A stretch of 64,000 nt of DNA, from positions 2,232,001 to 2,296,000 of the forward strand of contig JBLDXI010000024.1 in NCBI GenBank assembly GCA_047495785.1. The letters are read 5' to 3'. A program made the translations under genes and the position numbers. Positions 20,909-32,401 of the stretch are shown here, in pieces. The notes below the pieces were generated by a model. It was not told where the DNA came from, did no database searches, and was given only the letters and a program-made list of their open reading frames with translations. Origin of the DNA: Lepidodermella squamata. Taxonomy: Eukaryota > Animalia > Gastrotricha. Each line of letters opens with the position of its first letter. Position 1 is the stretch's first letter.

Positions 20909-22463
20909 CCAGCACTCTTTTTAGAGAAACGGCATATTATCTTTTCTACCGTTCATTTTATATCGCCTTTTTACATTGTTGATTGCATCATAAATTTCTA
21001 AGTCTATGAGGCTATGTAATCGCGCCGAGAGCGCCGTAACAGGCGGTGGTAGTAAAATAAAATCAGAAATATGCCAATACCAGCGACTGCACCCACGGGA
21101 ATGACCCACTGCCAATACCGCGGTAAACGCTGGATACGCTGCCATTTACGTTTCCAGTGCGCCTTGGTGAAGTACTTCTGCGCATTCTTTTCATGGTGAT
21201 CCCGTGAAGCTTTATCTCGGAGAGTATCGTAGGCATTTTTCAAAAGCGCAAGGTAGGCTTCGGATACGCATGTTTCAATAGTCTCGCTTACCGCCTGCAG
21301 TATAGCAATCCGTTATGATAGAAAAGAGAATAACTAATTAGCTTACTTGCTGATATTGTTCAACCTTATTGAAGTTTTTTCCACTTCGAAGATTCGGAAA
21401 AATAGTGAAATAGCTACCGTTGCCTGTATGAAAGTCACGCAACGTCTTAACTTGGTGGAAAAGCTGTTTTCCATGTGGAGTAGATATATCCAGTTCCTGT
21501 ATCCAGTATCCGGGGAGCCTCTTTTCCATGTTTGAGTTGAATGACCGCTGAGCTTGAAATTTCATCAGTGACGTATTTAACACCTTTTGATTCAATTTCA
21601 AGACGAAATGGCTCAGAGGAGTACTCCGCCGTCGTCTCGTTTCGTTCTAGCCATTGATCCCTAGTTTCTCTGAAGGGTTTCCACTTGTACTTCCATGTAA
21701 TTTTGCAATCTTTGTCGGGTAAGCCATGAATCTCGACAACAAAACTGCGTTTTACTTCGACCATTTTGCTCAGTAAAAAATACAAGAACAATGCGTTATG
21801 GTGCCAATAACCCTGAGGACTCCTTTATACCCAGGCGGCTTATCTTGCTGTCGTAAGGTCAGAAGTCCCTGGCAAACCATCCTTCTAAAATTAGTACGCG
21901 ACCCTATCTACAATAGCGATGATTAATATTATAGGTGTAAGAATAATCATAATGAGATTAGCCTTGTTGAATTTTCAAGGATATGGGGATCCTCATATGA
22001 TACCACTATGATTCAAATACATTCGCGCGGAATAATAGCGGGTATTCTCGATGCCGTCATCATGATGAAGTCGACTCTATCAATAAAGCAAGCCTTATCT
22101 GGCAAAAACCAAGGCGGCGGCTTCAAAGTGCTCATCGTCAGCCATGACCTAATTGTTGCTAGCCTCGTTTATTGCTATGATTCATTATACAACTACAATT
22201 TGTTTACTCATATTTAATTACGCATGCGTAAAGGGGATAAAGCTGAGGCTGGTCGACTTTATCGGCCGTAGATACATTTATGTTTGCGAGATAGAGCAGA
22301 CTTTAGTGAATACAGGTTGCGTTTTTGTTCCATCATACCGATCATGAGGTCGACTTTATTCCCAGGCAATAAAGCTACATGTTTTTAGCTTATTGTATTT
22401 CAAGCAGAAAACAGGAATTTTTCGCCTTTCCTGTTAGTTTATTATCGATAAACTAATTTATAG

Positions 22464-23651
22464 TCAATATAATGTATTGCAACTTCCGTTTTCTTCATCG
22501 ATCAATTTCAGGCGTCGTCGGTGCGCCTCGAGAGAAAAAATGTGGTTATGAGCATTCATCACCTCCTGGAACATCCATTCGTTAGGATTGACGGTATCCC
22601 AGCGCTTGACGCCGCAGAACACCCTAGCGTGGGCGTCACTCATCATTGAATAACAGACACCTAGCTTCAACGTATTCTCCAAGCCATTCGGATCTTTCCT
22701 AGTAAATTCATAGGTCCAATGAATCGCAACTCGAGGCGAGCCTCGTTGCAGAAACTCCACCGGAATTCCAGCCTCTTCGATCGACGAAACCTGCTGGGAA
22801 GGGAAAGGCCCGGAATACTTCGGATCAGTCTCTTCGATTATCCAATAGTAACTATCTCGGTAATTATTCCATAAATAAGCGCACATAATGTCGAATTGAG
22901 AGTAAGGTATACCAGACCCGTTTCTTGCTATGAAACTGAACGCGTCATCGAACGTCTTTCTCTTCAAGTGACTTCGGACGTGTTCACGTATTGAAGCCAG
23001 ATGTTCAATTTTGAAGATAATCGGAAAGTAAGACATGCACGTAAATGGTTGTTTATAACCGGTCGCGTTGAAGGTTGATTCAGGTACGCGCCACCAGAAG
23101 TCACCCCAGGGCATAGGCCGACCGTAATAAGCGCGGACAATTGGTCTGTTGAACTCATCGAACAGGTCTGATTTGATGACTTTAGTCACGAAGACAGTGT
23201 CAGAGTCCACGAAGCCAACAAATTCTGCGTCTGGAGATGTGAAGTTATCCGCCCAGAACATCAACCACTGTTGTCGATCGTGGCCTCCAACAAAATGCAT
23301 GTTTTTAGGCACTTGGTTGAATTTGAGGTTGAAAGGCTGTAGTGGGTCGGTTGATGAGCGGTTGTTCTCAACCTGAGTCTGTTTTGCTTCTTCATCAGTG
23401 ATGACGAGAAGTTTGGAGTTCAGTTTCTGCCAGTTGAAGAAGAGAATGTAAGACCGGAGGAATAAATTTTGAAATTCCTTGATGGTATCCTGAGTTGGGG
23501 CGAGAGGTAGAAAGATGTCTGTCCTTGGACAAGCGCGACGGCTGAAAGGAATCCGATGTTGAACAATGTCGCTTGTTAACAGGAAGAATAGTGCTATTGA
23601 GATACAGATCGCCGCAAATATTTTAGTGAATCGTCTCAAGTTCCAGGTCAT
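22464..23651 (-). CDS. Type II membrane DxD glycosyltransferase-like protein (intronless)
   Basis: N-terminal TM anchor and QQWLMFWADNF...VGFVDSDTVF (DxD, GT-A-like). Paralog at 48801-50206. Confidence 0.7.
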   Translation of the reverse strand: MTWNLRRFTKIFAAICISIALFFLLTSDIVQHRIPFSRRACPRTDIFLPLAPTQDTIKEFQNLFLRSYILFFNWQKLNSKLLVITDEEAKQTQVENNRSSTDPLQPFNLKFNQVPKNMHFVGGHDRQQWLMFWADNFTSPDAEFVGFVDSDTVFVTKVIKSDLFDEFNRPIVRAYYGRPMPWGDFWWRVPESTFNATGYKQPFTCMSYFPIIFKIEHLASIREHVRSHLKRKTFDDAFSFIARNGSGIPYSQFDIMCAYLWNNYRDSYYWIIEETDPKYSGPFPSQQVSSIEEAGIPVEFLQRGSPRVAIHWTYEFTRKDPNGLENTLKLGVCYSMMSDAHARVFCGVKRWDTVNPNEWMFQEVMNAHNHIFSLEAHRRRLKLIDEENGSCNTLY

Positions 23652-24325
23652 AGCTTAAGGAAGCAACTGTCTCTCGATTATCACTCTCAAAGTCAGACTG
23701 GTGCGTAGTATCATCTCGCGCTGCAGTGCTACCACCTCGTTATTTGTGGACTCAGCTGCCATTCCCGGATGGCAATTGAATGGGCGTGGTATTTACTCGG
23801 ATATAAATTCACGACTATTATTGCGAGTGATTCCGGTCCTTTCCCTAATTCGCGCCTTTGGAATTTTGACCTGAAGCCTTGTATTTATCCGTGTGGTTCC
23901 ACGGAACATGCTGGCAGGCTTCGTTTTTCTCTCCATTCAAGTCAATTCAGAAGCTCCTCGTGTGATTCAGGAATCATGGATTAAATTACCCTTGATCACG
24001 TTCATAGTGCAAAAATGCTAATATATATCGAGAAAAAAGACATGGCAATTTGACCCAATAACAATCAAGCAAATTTAGTCACATAAAGGGTAATAACGAT
24101 ATCACCCTGAACAATAAAGCATCATAACCCGCGATCATGGAGGTTATTAAAAGCGGTCATTTTTTCTTGTAAATCTTACGTCACTAGTATATTACTACGT
24201 AAAATCGTGTGAGAACACCAGTTTTATTCTCACCAAGCTTAAGTGCTCACGAAGCCTGCGATTATTGATATCAGACTAGGTAAATTTGCATTCGGGGAGG
24301 CAGCTACTTGATCTTTCACGCAAGA

Positions 24326-25221
24326 ATGTCTCAATTTTTTAGGTGCTTGATAGCTTTTGGATTATGTTGTTCCACCTTAGCGGCATTGAATGACGCTGAA
24401 TGTGGCCTGGTGAAGACCTTCTCCCGCCGTATTTTAGGTGGATCGACCGCCAACAGAGGAACGTATCCATGGCTGATTTCTCTGCGAGCAACCAAAGGTT
24501 TTGACCATATTTGTGGTGGCTCAATAATCGACGACCAGTGGATTTTGACGGCAGCCCATTGCGCCGGAAATCACTCCGTGGGTCTGACGGTCCGGGTTGG
24601 AGCGTTCAATCAAACAGCTGGACCTGAAATCGACCCAGCAGTTAGAGACTACGTGGTTGAAAAAGTCATCCGGCACAAAGGTTACAACCAATCTGAATCT
24701 AGACAGCACGACGTTTGCCTGATTAAGCTTACTGAGAAGATCAATTTTTCATCCAGTCACGTCAACCGCGTTTGTCTACCTGAAAATGATTACGAAGATC
24801 TGCAGGGCCAGGTGGCTACTGTTGCAGGGTGGGGTGGTATGACTGATAATGTATTCGATCAACCTGACCTGATTCAAGATGCCGAGATGACTATCAACGC
24901 TGAGTCAAAATGCTCTCTAATATGGGTTTGCAATTTTGCAATTTTGATTTTAACGGGATTAATCGGGTTTCTAATTTTTGATTTTACTAGCTATCTCACT
25001 GGCGGGAAGGGACCATGATCTGCGCATCTAATGACAATGTTTCCACGTGCAATGGCGACTCGGGCGGGCCGTTGATTATTAAGGATGCAAACGAGCGAGC
25101 AACTTTGGTTGGATTGGTGTCTTTTGGCGAGAAGGGCTGTTTGCTGAATCAAAGGCCTCCTGTATTTGTCCGCGTTTCGCATTACATACACTGGATAAGG
25201 AAACAAATGGCAGAAAATTAA
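24326..25221 (+). CDS. Secreted S1A serine protease, 2 exons (24326-24925, 24991-25221)
   Basis: Signal peptide, R-ILGG activation site, TAAHC / HDVCL / GDSGGP triad, and a 65-bp intron. STCNGDSGGP puts Ser rather than Asp at the S1 pocket, so it is probably non-tryptic. Confidence 0.92.
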
Positions 25222-26199
25222 GCAATCAAATTGCTATCAATTGAGGGATTAATTCCATTATAATGAGTAAAATTTGACTGTGACAGCTGTACTTCTCTTT
25301 TATAATTTCGCGAACTTCGAACCAGCGGACAGCGAAAAAATAATCGAAAAATGCACAATTTTTTAAAATTTCGCGTGAACTTTTTCGCAAGTTTTCTTTC
25401 CAGTGGCCTACGCTTCCGAGACACGAAAAAAATCGGAGGAGTGACTGTGCTCATCGACACTGGATCTGGCCTAGGGTCCGTGAATTTTGAATTCTTTGAA
25501 TTCCGTGAATTATTTTCTTGATGTCTCTTCTCCCGTCGCGGCGACCTGGGTTTAAGCGGTGGACAATATGACATTTTTCAACATCGGCAGTCACGAGTAG
25601 AAAAAGTAGGGGTCATTAGAAACATACATTATTCATTAGAAGAAGGAAAGGCTAAAGTGGAAGTAGGTTGAAGTGTCGTTGAAGTAGGTTGAAGCATCGT
25701 TGAAGTTCCACAATTAGGCAACGTTTTGTCGGTCTCCGTTGATGTTGGACAATATCACCATTAACCTATTTGAATTGTGAGGGATTTTGCGAAGGCAGGA
25801 CTATGATGACGTTAATAAAGTTTAGAAGATGGAGTGCTTCAATTCCCTCAGACAATATTTTTCGCACGGAGCAAAGTAAGCGAACGTGAGGATTTGAGTC
25901 AGGTGACTACCATAAGGTACGGAGCGGAGCGAGTCCGCCGTCAGCATGAAGTGGACGTCGAGCGTTGAGCTGCAAATTACGTGGAAATTAGCAATAAAAT
26001 TTGTTGTGTAGGTTGTCTAAATGGGATCAATAGTAATGCCGGCATTAATTTCAAAGTACAAATTGGCGTGGTAAAAACGTGAACAGCTCCATATGACGAA
26101 GCTTTCTTAATGAGGTAATTCAACCCGAAATTTGCGCAGACCGGGGATGCTTACTGATTGCACGTGGAATATGTCATAACTTTAAATTGTCAAACGATA

Positions 26200-28737
26200 A
26201 TGCAGGAATTATTGAAAATATTACTGCTACTGGCTTCACATTCGCCTGTAGCTTTGAGTTTGTCTAAAAAATACAACCTCTCTTTCTTGCAAATTTTCCC
26301 TTTAACACATGAGGCTTGTTTACCGGCAGTCAAAATCGCTATTGATAATGTCAATAATCGCTCAGACATCCTGCCGGACTACAATTTGGTTCCAGATATC
26401 CGTGACGAGGAGGGTTTCAACCTTGGATACGCACCAGTGCGAGAAGTTGTCCGCTATGGGAGAATGTGGGAAAATCGCCCAGATGACGGTCTCATCCGCT
26501 CTCCTCTCCTTGTTGGGCCCTTCTTCTCAATCGGATGTAAGCCAATGGGGAAACCGCTAACTTACTTTAACATGGTCACTATTGCAATGGCCTGTCACGC
26601 AGCCTATCTAGCGGACCACGTAACCTACCCAAATCTTTATAATGTCCAGGGAAACGGCGAGTTGAATGCTATTGCATTGGTCAACATTTTCAAGCAAGTC
26701 GGCAAATGGACCAAGGTTGGTATTCTCACGATTGTCGGTTCGCCCCAGGATTATTCAGCGGCCACATACGTGGAGAAATACGCATCGGCTAACGGAATTC
26801 ATGTCCCAACGTTCAACGTTGTGTTGGAGATAACTGATGATGTTATAAACGATCTAATTTTCCATGAGGTCCGGATAATTGTGGTCTACATCACTCAGGA
26901 GGTGCTGTTGTGGCGATTCCTTTGCATGGCTTGGTATGCTGGTCTAACTGGGTCGAGATACCTATTTTTCCTGGCAAACCCACTCGCTGGTGAACCCGAT
27001 TTTATCAACCCCGCAAATATAGTGGACAAGACCTGCAATAAAGAAATAATTCGCCAGCAATTCTACAACTCAATTTTCTTCGGGGCTGTCATTCAGGTTC
27101 TTGACGATAGCCGAGTTAGCGAGTTGGGGTATAATACTACCTACTTCGAAGAGCAGTTGTTTACTTACTTGAAGCAACCTCGGCTCAAATCAGCTGGGTC
27201 ACTGAAATACGTGTGTCACGACGCTACATTGATGGGAATTTTCGCATTGCAAAACGCGGATAATCGTCTGAAGCAGGAATACAACATGTCGCTAAGAGAT
27301 ATGAATACCAACCCAGGCTTTGTAATGAGAATCGTGAACGAATCTGTATTGAACACCAACGTATCCGGCTTACGCACCCAGCTTCGTTTCAGCAAGCGGG
27401 GATATCCCGAAAATGACAAGATTGTGTTCTCGTACTATGACAGAAAAGGGTTCCAGTTCAAGTTTCACATCTCGCAGGTTGATGAGGCTAAAGGACCTTT
27501 CTCGGGGAGATTCCAAGCATTCGCATTTGAACCATGGGATTGGGCAGCTTGGAATAACAATGGGAAGCCACCCCGCGATCGATATAATGTCATCACCTTG
27601 AAAGACGACGTTCCCAGCGAAATATCTCTCGCCATAGTCATCCTTGCAGTCATGATTTCCTCATTTCAATTATCAGCAATCATTCTAACAGTGAAAGATG
27701 CTTGTAAAATACATATTGTTAATTCTCCTATTGCTAAGATTTTCGGCTATATCGGTTGCTTGGGTCTTAACGGAGCTGCAATCGCGTTCTCGGTAAAAAG
27801 CGGTGCGAGTAGCTTTGTTATAGCTGTGGTAAGGTTGGCTCTACTAATTATCTCTCTATCAGTTTTGAATGGAGCAATTTCATTCCGGGCATTTTTTCTG
27901 GCTTGGAAGCTACCAAAAATGACCAAGATGCTCAAATCCAATCAGAATAGCAAATTACTCAGCAACTTCATGGCTCCAAGGAATCAATCTAAGACTACCA
28001 TCGTTATCGCGAAAGCTGATGTCGATACGTCTCCAGGTGGCAGCCCGCCTATGACACCCGATCTTCAACGCAGAATAGATAATTTGGCGGGATGCGAAAA
28101 TGTCAATACAGCATCACCGGTTCCTCGGCAAAATTTGGTTGCTGCGAAACCTCAGCCGCTGAATATTAATCAGAGAGCTGTCGTTCGAACAAACTCAAAC
28201 CGGAGAGGTCGCAAACCTAGTACTGTGGAATTTGAAAGCGACATTGACCGAAAAACTGTCGGCTTCACTTTGATCTTCATGGGTATTAACCTTGTCATTT
28301 TGGCCAGCTGGCTGCTTTCCGACTCTCTATCTTGCCGTACTGTCGTAGCACGGAGTGCCAAAAACTATGACCCTGTATCTGACACATATTACGACATCTC
28401 AACGGAAATCTGCACATCAGCTAATGCCATGTACTGGATGACTTCTCTGGCTTTTCTTCACGTCGTTTTGCAGGCCTACTGCACTTATCAAGGGTACCGT
28501 GTAAAGCAGCGGCTGAAGATGATGGCAAAGAGTATCTGCTCCGAGATCACAGCCGTTATTCTTGGTCCGCTGAATGGTTTCTCTTTACTGCTTTGCTTCA
28601 TCCTAGTTGTTTTCACGTTGGGCGATCAAAAGAGACAGCATATATCTGTCGCATTTATGGGGCTGTTTTATTCGATGAGCACGAGCATCACCCTGAGTTA
28701 TACTCTCTTTCAACGCATCAAAAAATTAATCCACTGA
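26200..28737 (+). CDS. Class C GPCR, GABA-B-type (receptor R1), intronless
   Basis: Signal peptide, Venus-flytrap motifs (AIDNVNNRSDILPDYNL, LVGPFFS, YPNLY), no cysteine-rich domain, seven hydrophobic helices and a long ICL2. Confidence 0.85.
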   Translation: MQELLKILLLLASHSPVALSLSKKYNLSFLQIFPLTHEACLPAVKIAIDNVNNRSDILPDYNLVPDIRDEEGFNLGYAPVREVVRYGRMWENRPDDGLIRSPLLVGPFFSIGCKPMGKPLTYFNMVTIAMACHAAYLADHVTYPNLYNVQGNGELNAIALVNIFKQVGKWTKVGILTIVGSPQDYSAATYVEKYASANGIHVPTFNVVLEITDDVINDLIFHEVRIIVVYITQEVLLWRFLCMAWYAGLTGSRYLFFLANPLAGEPDFINPANIVDKTCNKEIIRQQFYNSIFFGAVIQVLDDSRVSELGYNTTYFEEQLFTYLKQPRLKSAGSLKYVCHDATLMGIFALQNADNRLKQEYNMSLRDMNTNPGFVMRIVNESVLNTNVSGLRTQLRFSKRGYPENDKIVFSYYDRKGFQFKFHISQVDEAKGPFSGRFQAFAFEPWDWAAWNNNGKPPRDRYNVITLKDDVPSEISLAIVILAVMISSFQLSAIILTVKDACKIHIVNSPIAKIFGYIGCLGLNGAAIAFSVKSGASSFVIAVVRLALLIISLSVLNGAISFRAFFLAWKLPKMTKMLKSNQNSKLLSNFMAPRNQSKTTIVIAKADVDTSPGGSPPMTPDLQRRIDNLAGCENVNTASPVPRQNLVAAKPQPLNINQRAVVRTNSNRRGRKPSTVEFESDIDRKTVGFTLIFMGINLVILASWLLSDSLSCRTVVARSAKNYDPVSDTYYDISTEICTSANAMYWMTSLAFLHVVLQAYCTYQGYRVKQRLKMMAKSICSEITAVILGPLNGFSLLLCFILVVFTLGDQKRQHISVAFMGLFYSMSTSITLSYTLFQRIKKLIH

Positions 28738-29729
28738 GAGGTGGCGAACATGATAGTCCTAAACTGTTATTTCCATGTTTTATTCTACGAAATCTGACCA
28801 TTTTGTAGCGTCAGACAGCCGCACACTTTTCCCTAAATCATTAGAACACATTTCTCAGACAAGAAAGTTGTCAAATATCGCGAACAAGTAAAATGTCTGT
28901 TGTCGTAAAACTCATATACAGCTAATTTCTCAATCGTTAGTTGAAAATTCTTCGAATATAATGAGTGCTTGTAAATCCATTGCGCAGAGTGAAATAAATG
29001 CATATCAATAACAAAATCTGCGCTATGCGCTGATCAAATTGGGGCAATTATCATGTTCGAGCTTGTTGCTGTTAAACGCTGCAGCTCGTGATGAAATCAA
29101 ACTTAGCATTAGGCATCAGTGGGCAGCTGACGTGAGAGGTGTATGGCAAAGGTTTAAATGTCATTAGCTTCATTTTTTATAATGAAATAATTGAATACCT
29201 ATTAATTATTACATAGTTTTGAGGTTTTAATTTAAAAGCGGGTTGATTGTTGTCACGTGACGCCAGCCATAGAAATGTCCCTTAGATGTATCATCAAAAA
29301 TGAGCTTTTCACATGTTTGAGTTTCACATTTAAGTTGCCCTGATCGAATATTACTGCAAGCATTTCAATCCTGTTTTTATAGACGTAGAACCTGTCTGAA
29401 GATCCCTCGAGTAAGACCTTTAAATTTAAGCTGCAATAGTTATCTTTGCAGCGTGAATGGTAAAGATATCCCCCGATTCCGGAAGACGTCGAGTTTGATT
29501 ATTTCTGTCGCTTGGTCTGAAATGCCACTCCTCAGCATATGCATGATTTATCAGGTGTTGGGTGTAAAAATGCCCTATTTAATAGCCACGAGCCACCCCG
29601 CAACATCACGATATTCCAGGGACCGGAATTGCAAAAGACTCTGAGTGAAATCCGGGCAATCTGAGACGTTAATTGAAGCTCGCATCAAATCCCATCGCGA
29701 AATTATAGAAACAAAGCATAAATGAGAGG

Positions 29730-32126
29730 ATGATGCCAAACGTGTTCATAATTGCTTATTTTTTACTTTCCATGCCAGCAAATGTGGACCCGGCAAAGCC
29801 GAACCGACTGAAGCTACTCCAGATGATTCCATTTACTGGCAACGAGCCCAAAAATGGGCAAACATGCCGAGCAGCTGCTCAAATCGTGGCTGATAGTTTC
29901 AACAACCGAACAGACATCCTGCCAAACTATCACATTGAAATTCAGTTCGAGGACGATCTTCAAAGCACAAAAGCAGCATCATTGATATCAGCGTACAGCC
30001 GTAGATACGAGCCAGGCCATACAGAGCTATCCTACCCCTCCCCGATCACTGTAGGCCCACACGGATCGCCGGGCTGTAAGGCAATCGGTGGTATACTTCA
30101 CCACCTTAATCTCGTCGACATCAGTACATATTGTGCCGGCGCCCAATTGACGGATCGAAAATCATATCCTAATCTTTACCTAATGGTCTCAACGGGCAGG
30201 GTAGCTGCAATTGCCGCTGTTAAATTTATGAAAAGTATCGGAAAATGGGGCAAGATAGCTGTGTTATCGAATGCTGGTAACATCAACGATTACTCAACAG
30301 CCATGCTGGTTCAGTCCCTAGCTACTGACCAAGGAATAAAGGTAGCTACATTCGATATCATGATTGACATAAACGCTGATAAAGTTGCAGCGTTGAAGGA
30401 GAACGATATTAGAATCATCCATTACTCAGCTCCTTTACTATCCAATCGAAGACTGTTGTGCGAAGCTTACCTTCAAGGCCTAACTGGGTCGAGATACGTT
30501 TTTATGATCAGTGTTTCAAGTTACGTCGACCCAGCAAGCTTACCCGAAGTCATCTACCCTGGCTGTACTAGGCTCATTGTCATCGAGCAGATGAAGTACA
30601 CGTTTTGGATAGGACAGGCCTTGGAAATCGACAATCCTAGTCCGGATTATCGGTCTGAGCTCGGTCATTCAATCGCTGAGTTTGAGACGCTGCTAGACAA
30701 ATACGTGAACGGCCGAAGATTGGCTGATTATGAGAACCGAAATCTTTGCTACGACGTAGTACTTCGAGCTGGGTTTTCTCTCCACCAGGCTGATTTACTC
30801 CTAAAGGCGCAATTCAATTTAACTCTCAAAGATTACTCAAAATATCCCCAGATGATTATGACTATCATTAACGATACAGTGATGAAGTCGAATCTCAGTG
30901 GGTTTCGAATAGGCCAGATGTATTATGGAAAAACGGGCCAGGTCGATGATGATGTGCAGGTTATTGCTTATTGGACGAGAGATTCTGGTCTGACGCACGT
31001 TTACGCCGTTAGCTTAATGGCAAACGCGACAGACAATGTGAGTTTTTATGACTACTCACTTCAAGTGGTCGAGCCAAAGATATTCAAATGGCCCACGGCT
31101 AATCGGAGGCCACCAAGCGACTCAAAGGCGGTTATCACGAAACTTGGCTCGGTTCCAATTTCGATTTTCGTAGTTCTAGTCTGCTTAACATCGTTAGTCT
31201 CAATATGTCAGCTATCAGCTTTGGTTTATCTGATTATTGCCCTTAAATCCGGAAAGGAATCGATCATCAGCACGACTCCCTGTACTAAAATAGTTGCCTT
31301 GTTCGGATGTCTGATTTTGAACGCTGCTTCAATTGTTCTCTCACTGCCATCCGCTGAGGCAAAATCGATTTCTGAGGCGTTATGGATTGCTAGAATTGTC
31401 TTAATTGGCCTGGGTTCATCTTCTGTCTACGGAGCTTGGTCATTTCGGATTTTGGAACTATTTTCTCTGTTTCACAAGGTTGACCTCAAACTGCCGAAAG
31501 CCCGTTCAAGCACGAGATTGGCTGCTCCCTCTCCACACACAGCTCTGGCTCGTCCGAGCTCACAATTATTATTAGTTAATCCTGATCGAAGAACTGTAAA
31601 TAGAAGCCTGAAGTCTGTAGTCACGCATGCTCAGTGGGTTTCGTTTGACAGAAGAATCTGCTATAAAATTTCAGCTTTCACATTATTATCAATCGCTCAC
31701 CTGGTAATTTGGCTGAGCATTCAACCTTTGAAATGCCGATTGGTGATTGAAGAAGCCTACTATGATCAAGATTACGATGCATTGCTCGAACGAACTGGGA
31801 TTTACTGCACTTCCGATCACATGTTGGCTTGGATTCTCTCATTTATCGGCATCCAAGTTGTATTAATGGTGCATGGGTGTTACAAGAGTTTCAAACTCGG
31901 TGTCCTTGGTGTTAAATCGTCTGTCTATGAAGAATTTTCTGCTTCAAGATTCGGTCTGATGAATGCAGCAATAATTGCTGTTCTCAGTATTTTTATTACG
32001 TTTTTGATTGACGATTCAATCTATCAGCAACAGACTGCGGTGGCGTTTTTGGCGCTAACTCTGTCGACTTCCTCATCTGCACTGTGGGTGTATCCACTTT
32101 ACAAGCAGCATATAATTCGAAGTTGA
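29730..32126 (+). CDS. Class C GPCR, GABA-B-type (receptor R2), intronless, divergent paralog
   Basis: NNRTDILPNYHI, VGPHGSPGC, LTDRKSYPNLY, LCEAYLQGLTGSRYVF; seven TM helices. Confidence 0.85.
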   Translation: MMPNVFIIAYFLLSMPANVDPAKPNRLKLLQMIPFTGNEPKNGQTCRAAAQIVADSFNNRTDILPNYHIEIQFEDDLQSTKAASLISAYSRRYEPGHTELSYPSPITVGPHGSPGCKAIGGILHHLNLVDISTYCAGAQLTDRKSYPNLYLMVSTGRVAAIAAVKFMKSIGKWGKIAVLSNAGNINDYSTAMLVQSLATDQGIKVATFDIMIDINADKVAALKENDIRIIHYSAPLLSNRRLLCEAYLQGLTGSRYVFMISVSSYVDPASLPEVIYPGCTRLIVIEQMKYTFWIGQALEIDNPSPDYRSELGHSIAEFETLLDKYVNGRRLADYENRNLCYDVVLRAGFSLHQADLLLKAQFNLTLKDYSKYPQMIMTIINDTVMKSNLSGFRIGQMYYGKTGQVDDDVQVIAYWTRDSGLTHVYAVSLMANATDNVSFYDYSLQVVEPKIFKWPTANRRPPSDSKAVITKLGSVPISIFVVLVCLTSLVSICQLSALVYLIIALKSGKESIISTTPCTKIVALFGCLILNAASIVLSLPSAEAKSISEALWIARIVLIGLGSSSVYGAWSFRILELFSLFHKVDLKLPKARSSTRLAAPSPHTALARPSSQLLLVNPDRRTVNRSLKSVVTHAQWVSFDRRICYKISAFTLLSIAHLVIWLSIQPLKCRLVIEEAYYDQDYDALLERTGIYCTSDHMLAWILSFIGIQVVLMVHGCYKSFKLGVLGVKSSVYEEFSASRFGLMNAAIIAVLSIFITFLIDDSIYQQQTAVAFLALTLSTSSSALWVYPLYKQHIIRS

Positions 32127-32401
32127 GACTCTCGAGCCTCAATTCAGGTACTGCTGGCAAAAGTCTTATTCAGCATGGATCAATGATTTTGACTTATATC
32201 AACTGGAAAACCGCGCCATTTAGAAAAAAAAACAAATTTCAGAATCGCAAAATACTCACTTTACTGAAATAAACTGAAATAATTTCTTAGACTTATAGTT
32301 TGCAGTATTGCAACTCATGATGGGAACTAAATCAAATAATTTATAACCATCCCACACATTCACACTAATACGAGTAGTTTGTTTGATGAGCTATTTGATG
32401 A

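Larger units (their letters stand above)
16188..21060 (+). mobile_element. Full-length APE-type LINE (Jockey/I-group-like), 4.87 kb
   Basis: Two intact overlapping ORFs, a ~150-bp 3' UTR ending in TAAAATAAAA, and boundaries defined by in-frame restoration of the host gene. TSD is at most 2-3 bp (AA). Confidence 0.9.
15458..21764 (-). pseudogene. Host gene with a degenerate J-domain-like segment and multiple Gly/Ala-rich TM helices, interrupted by a LINE
   Basis: ATG at 21764; frameshift near the T4 at 21467-21470; intron 21346-21295. The exon LLKNAYDTLRDKASRDHHE...VIPVGAVAGIGIFLI ends at 21061 and resumes in frame at 16187 (CAFFAASATVSGAVVPLALAGIGG). Intron 15853-15793; stop at 15458. Confidence 0.7.

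Noticed and set aside
25660-25706. 20-bp tandem duplication GAAGTAGGTTGAAG..TCGTT
   Set aside because: About two copies only; an ordinary local duplication.
26200-28737. Receptor guanylyl cyclase or true GABBR1/2 ortholog assignment for R1-R3
   Set aside because: Seven TM helices with no kinase-like or cyclase domain exclude the first. Strong divergence and the lack of a coiled-coil tail do not support naming them as orthologs.
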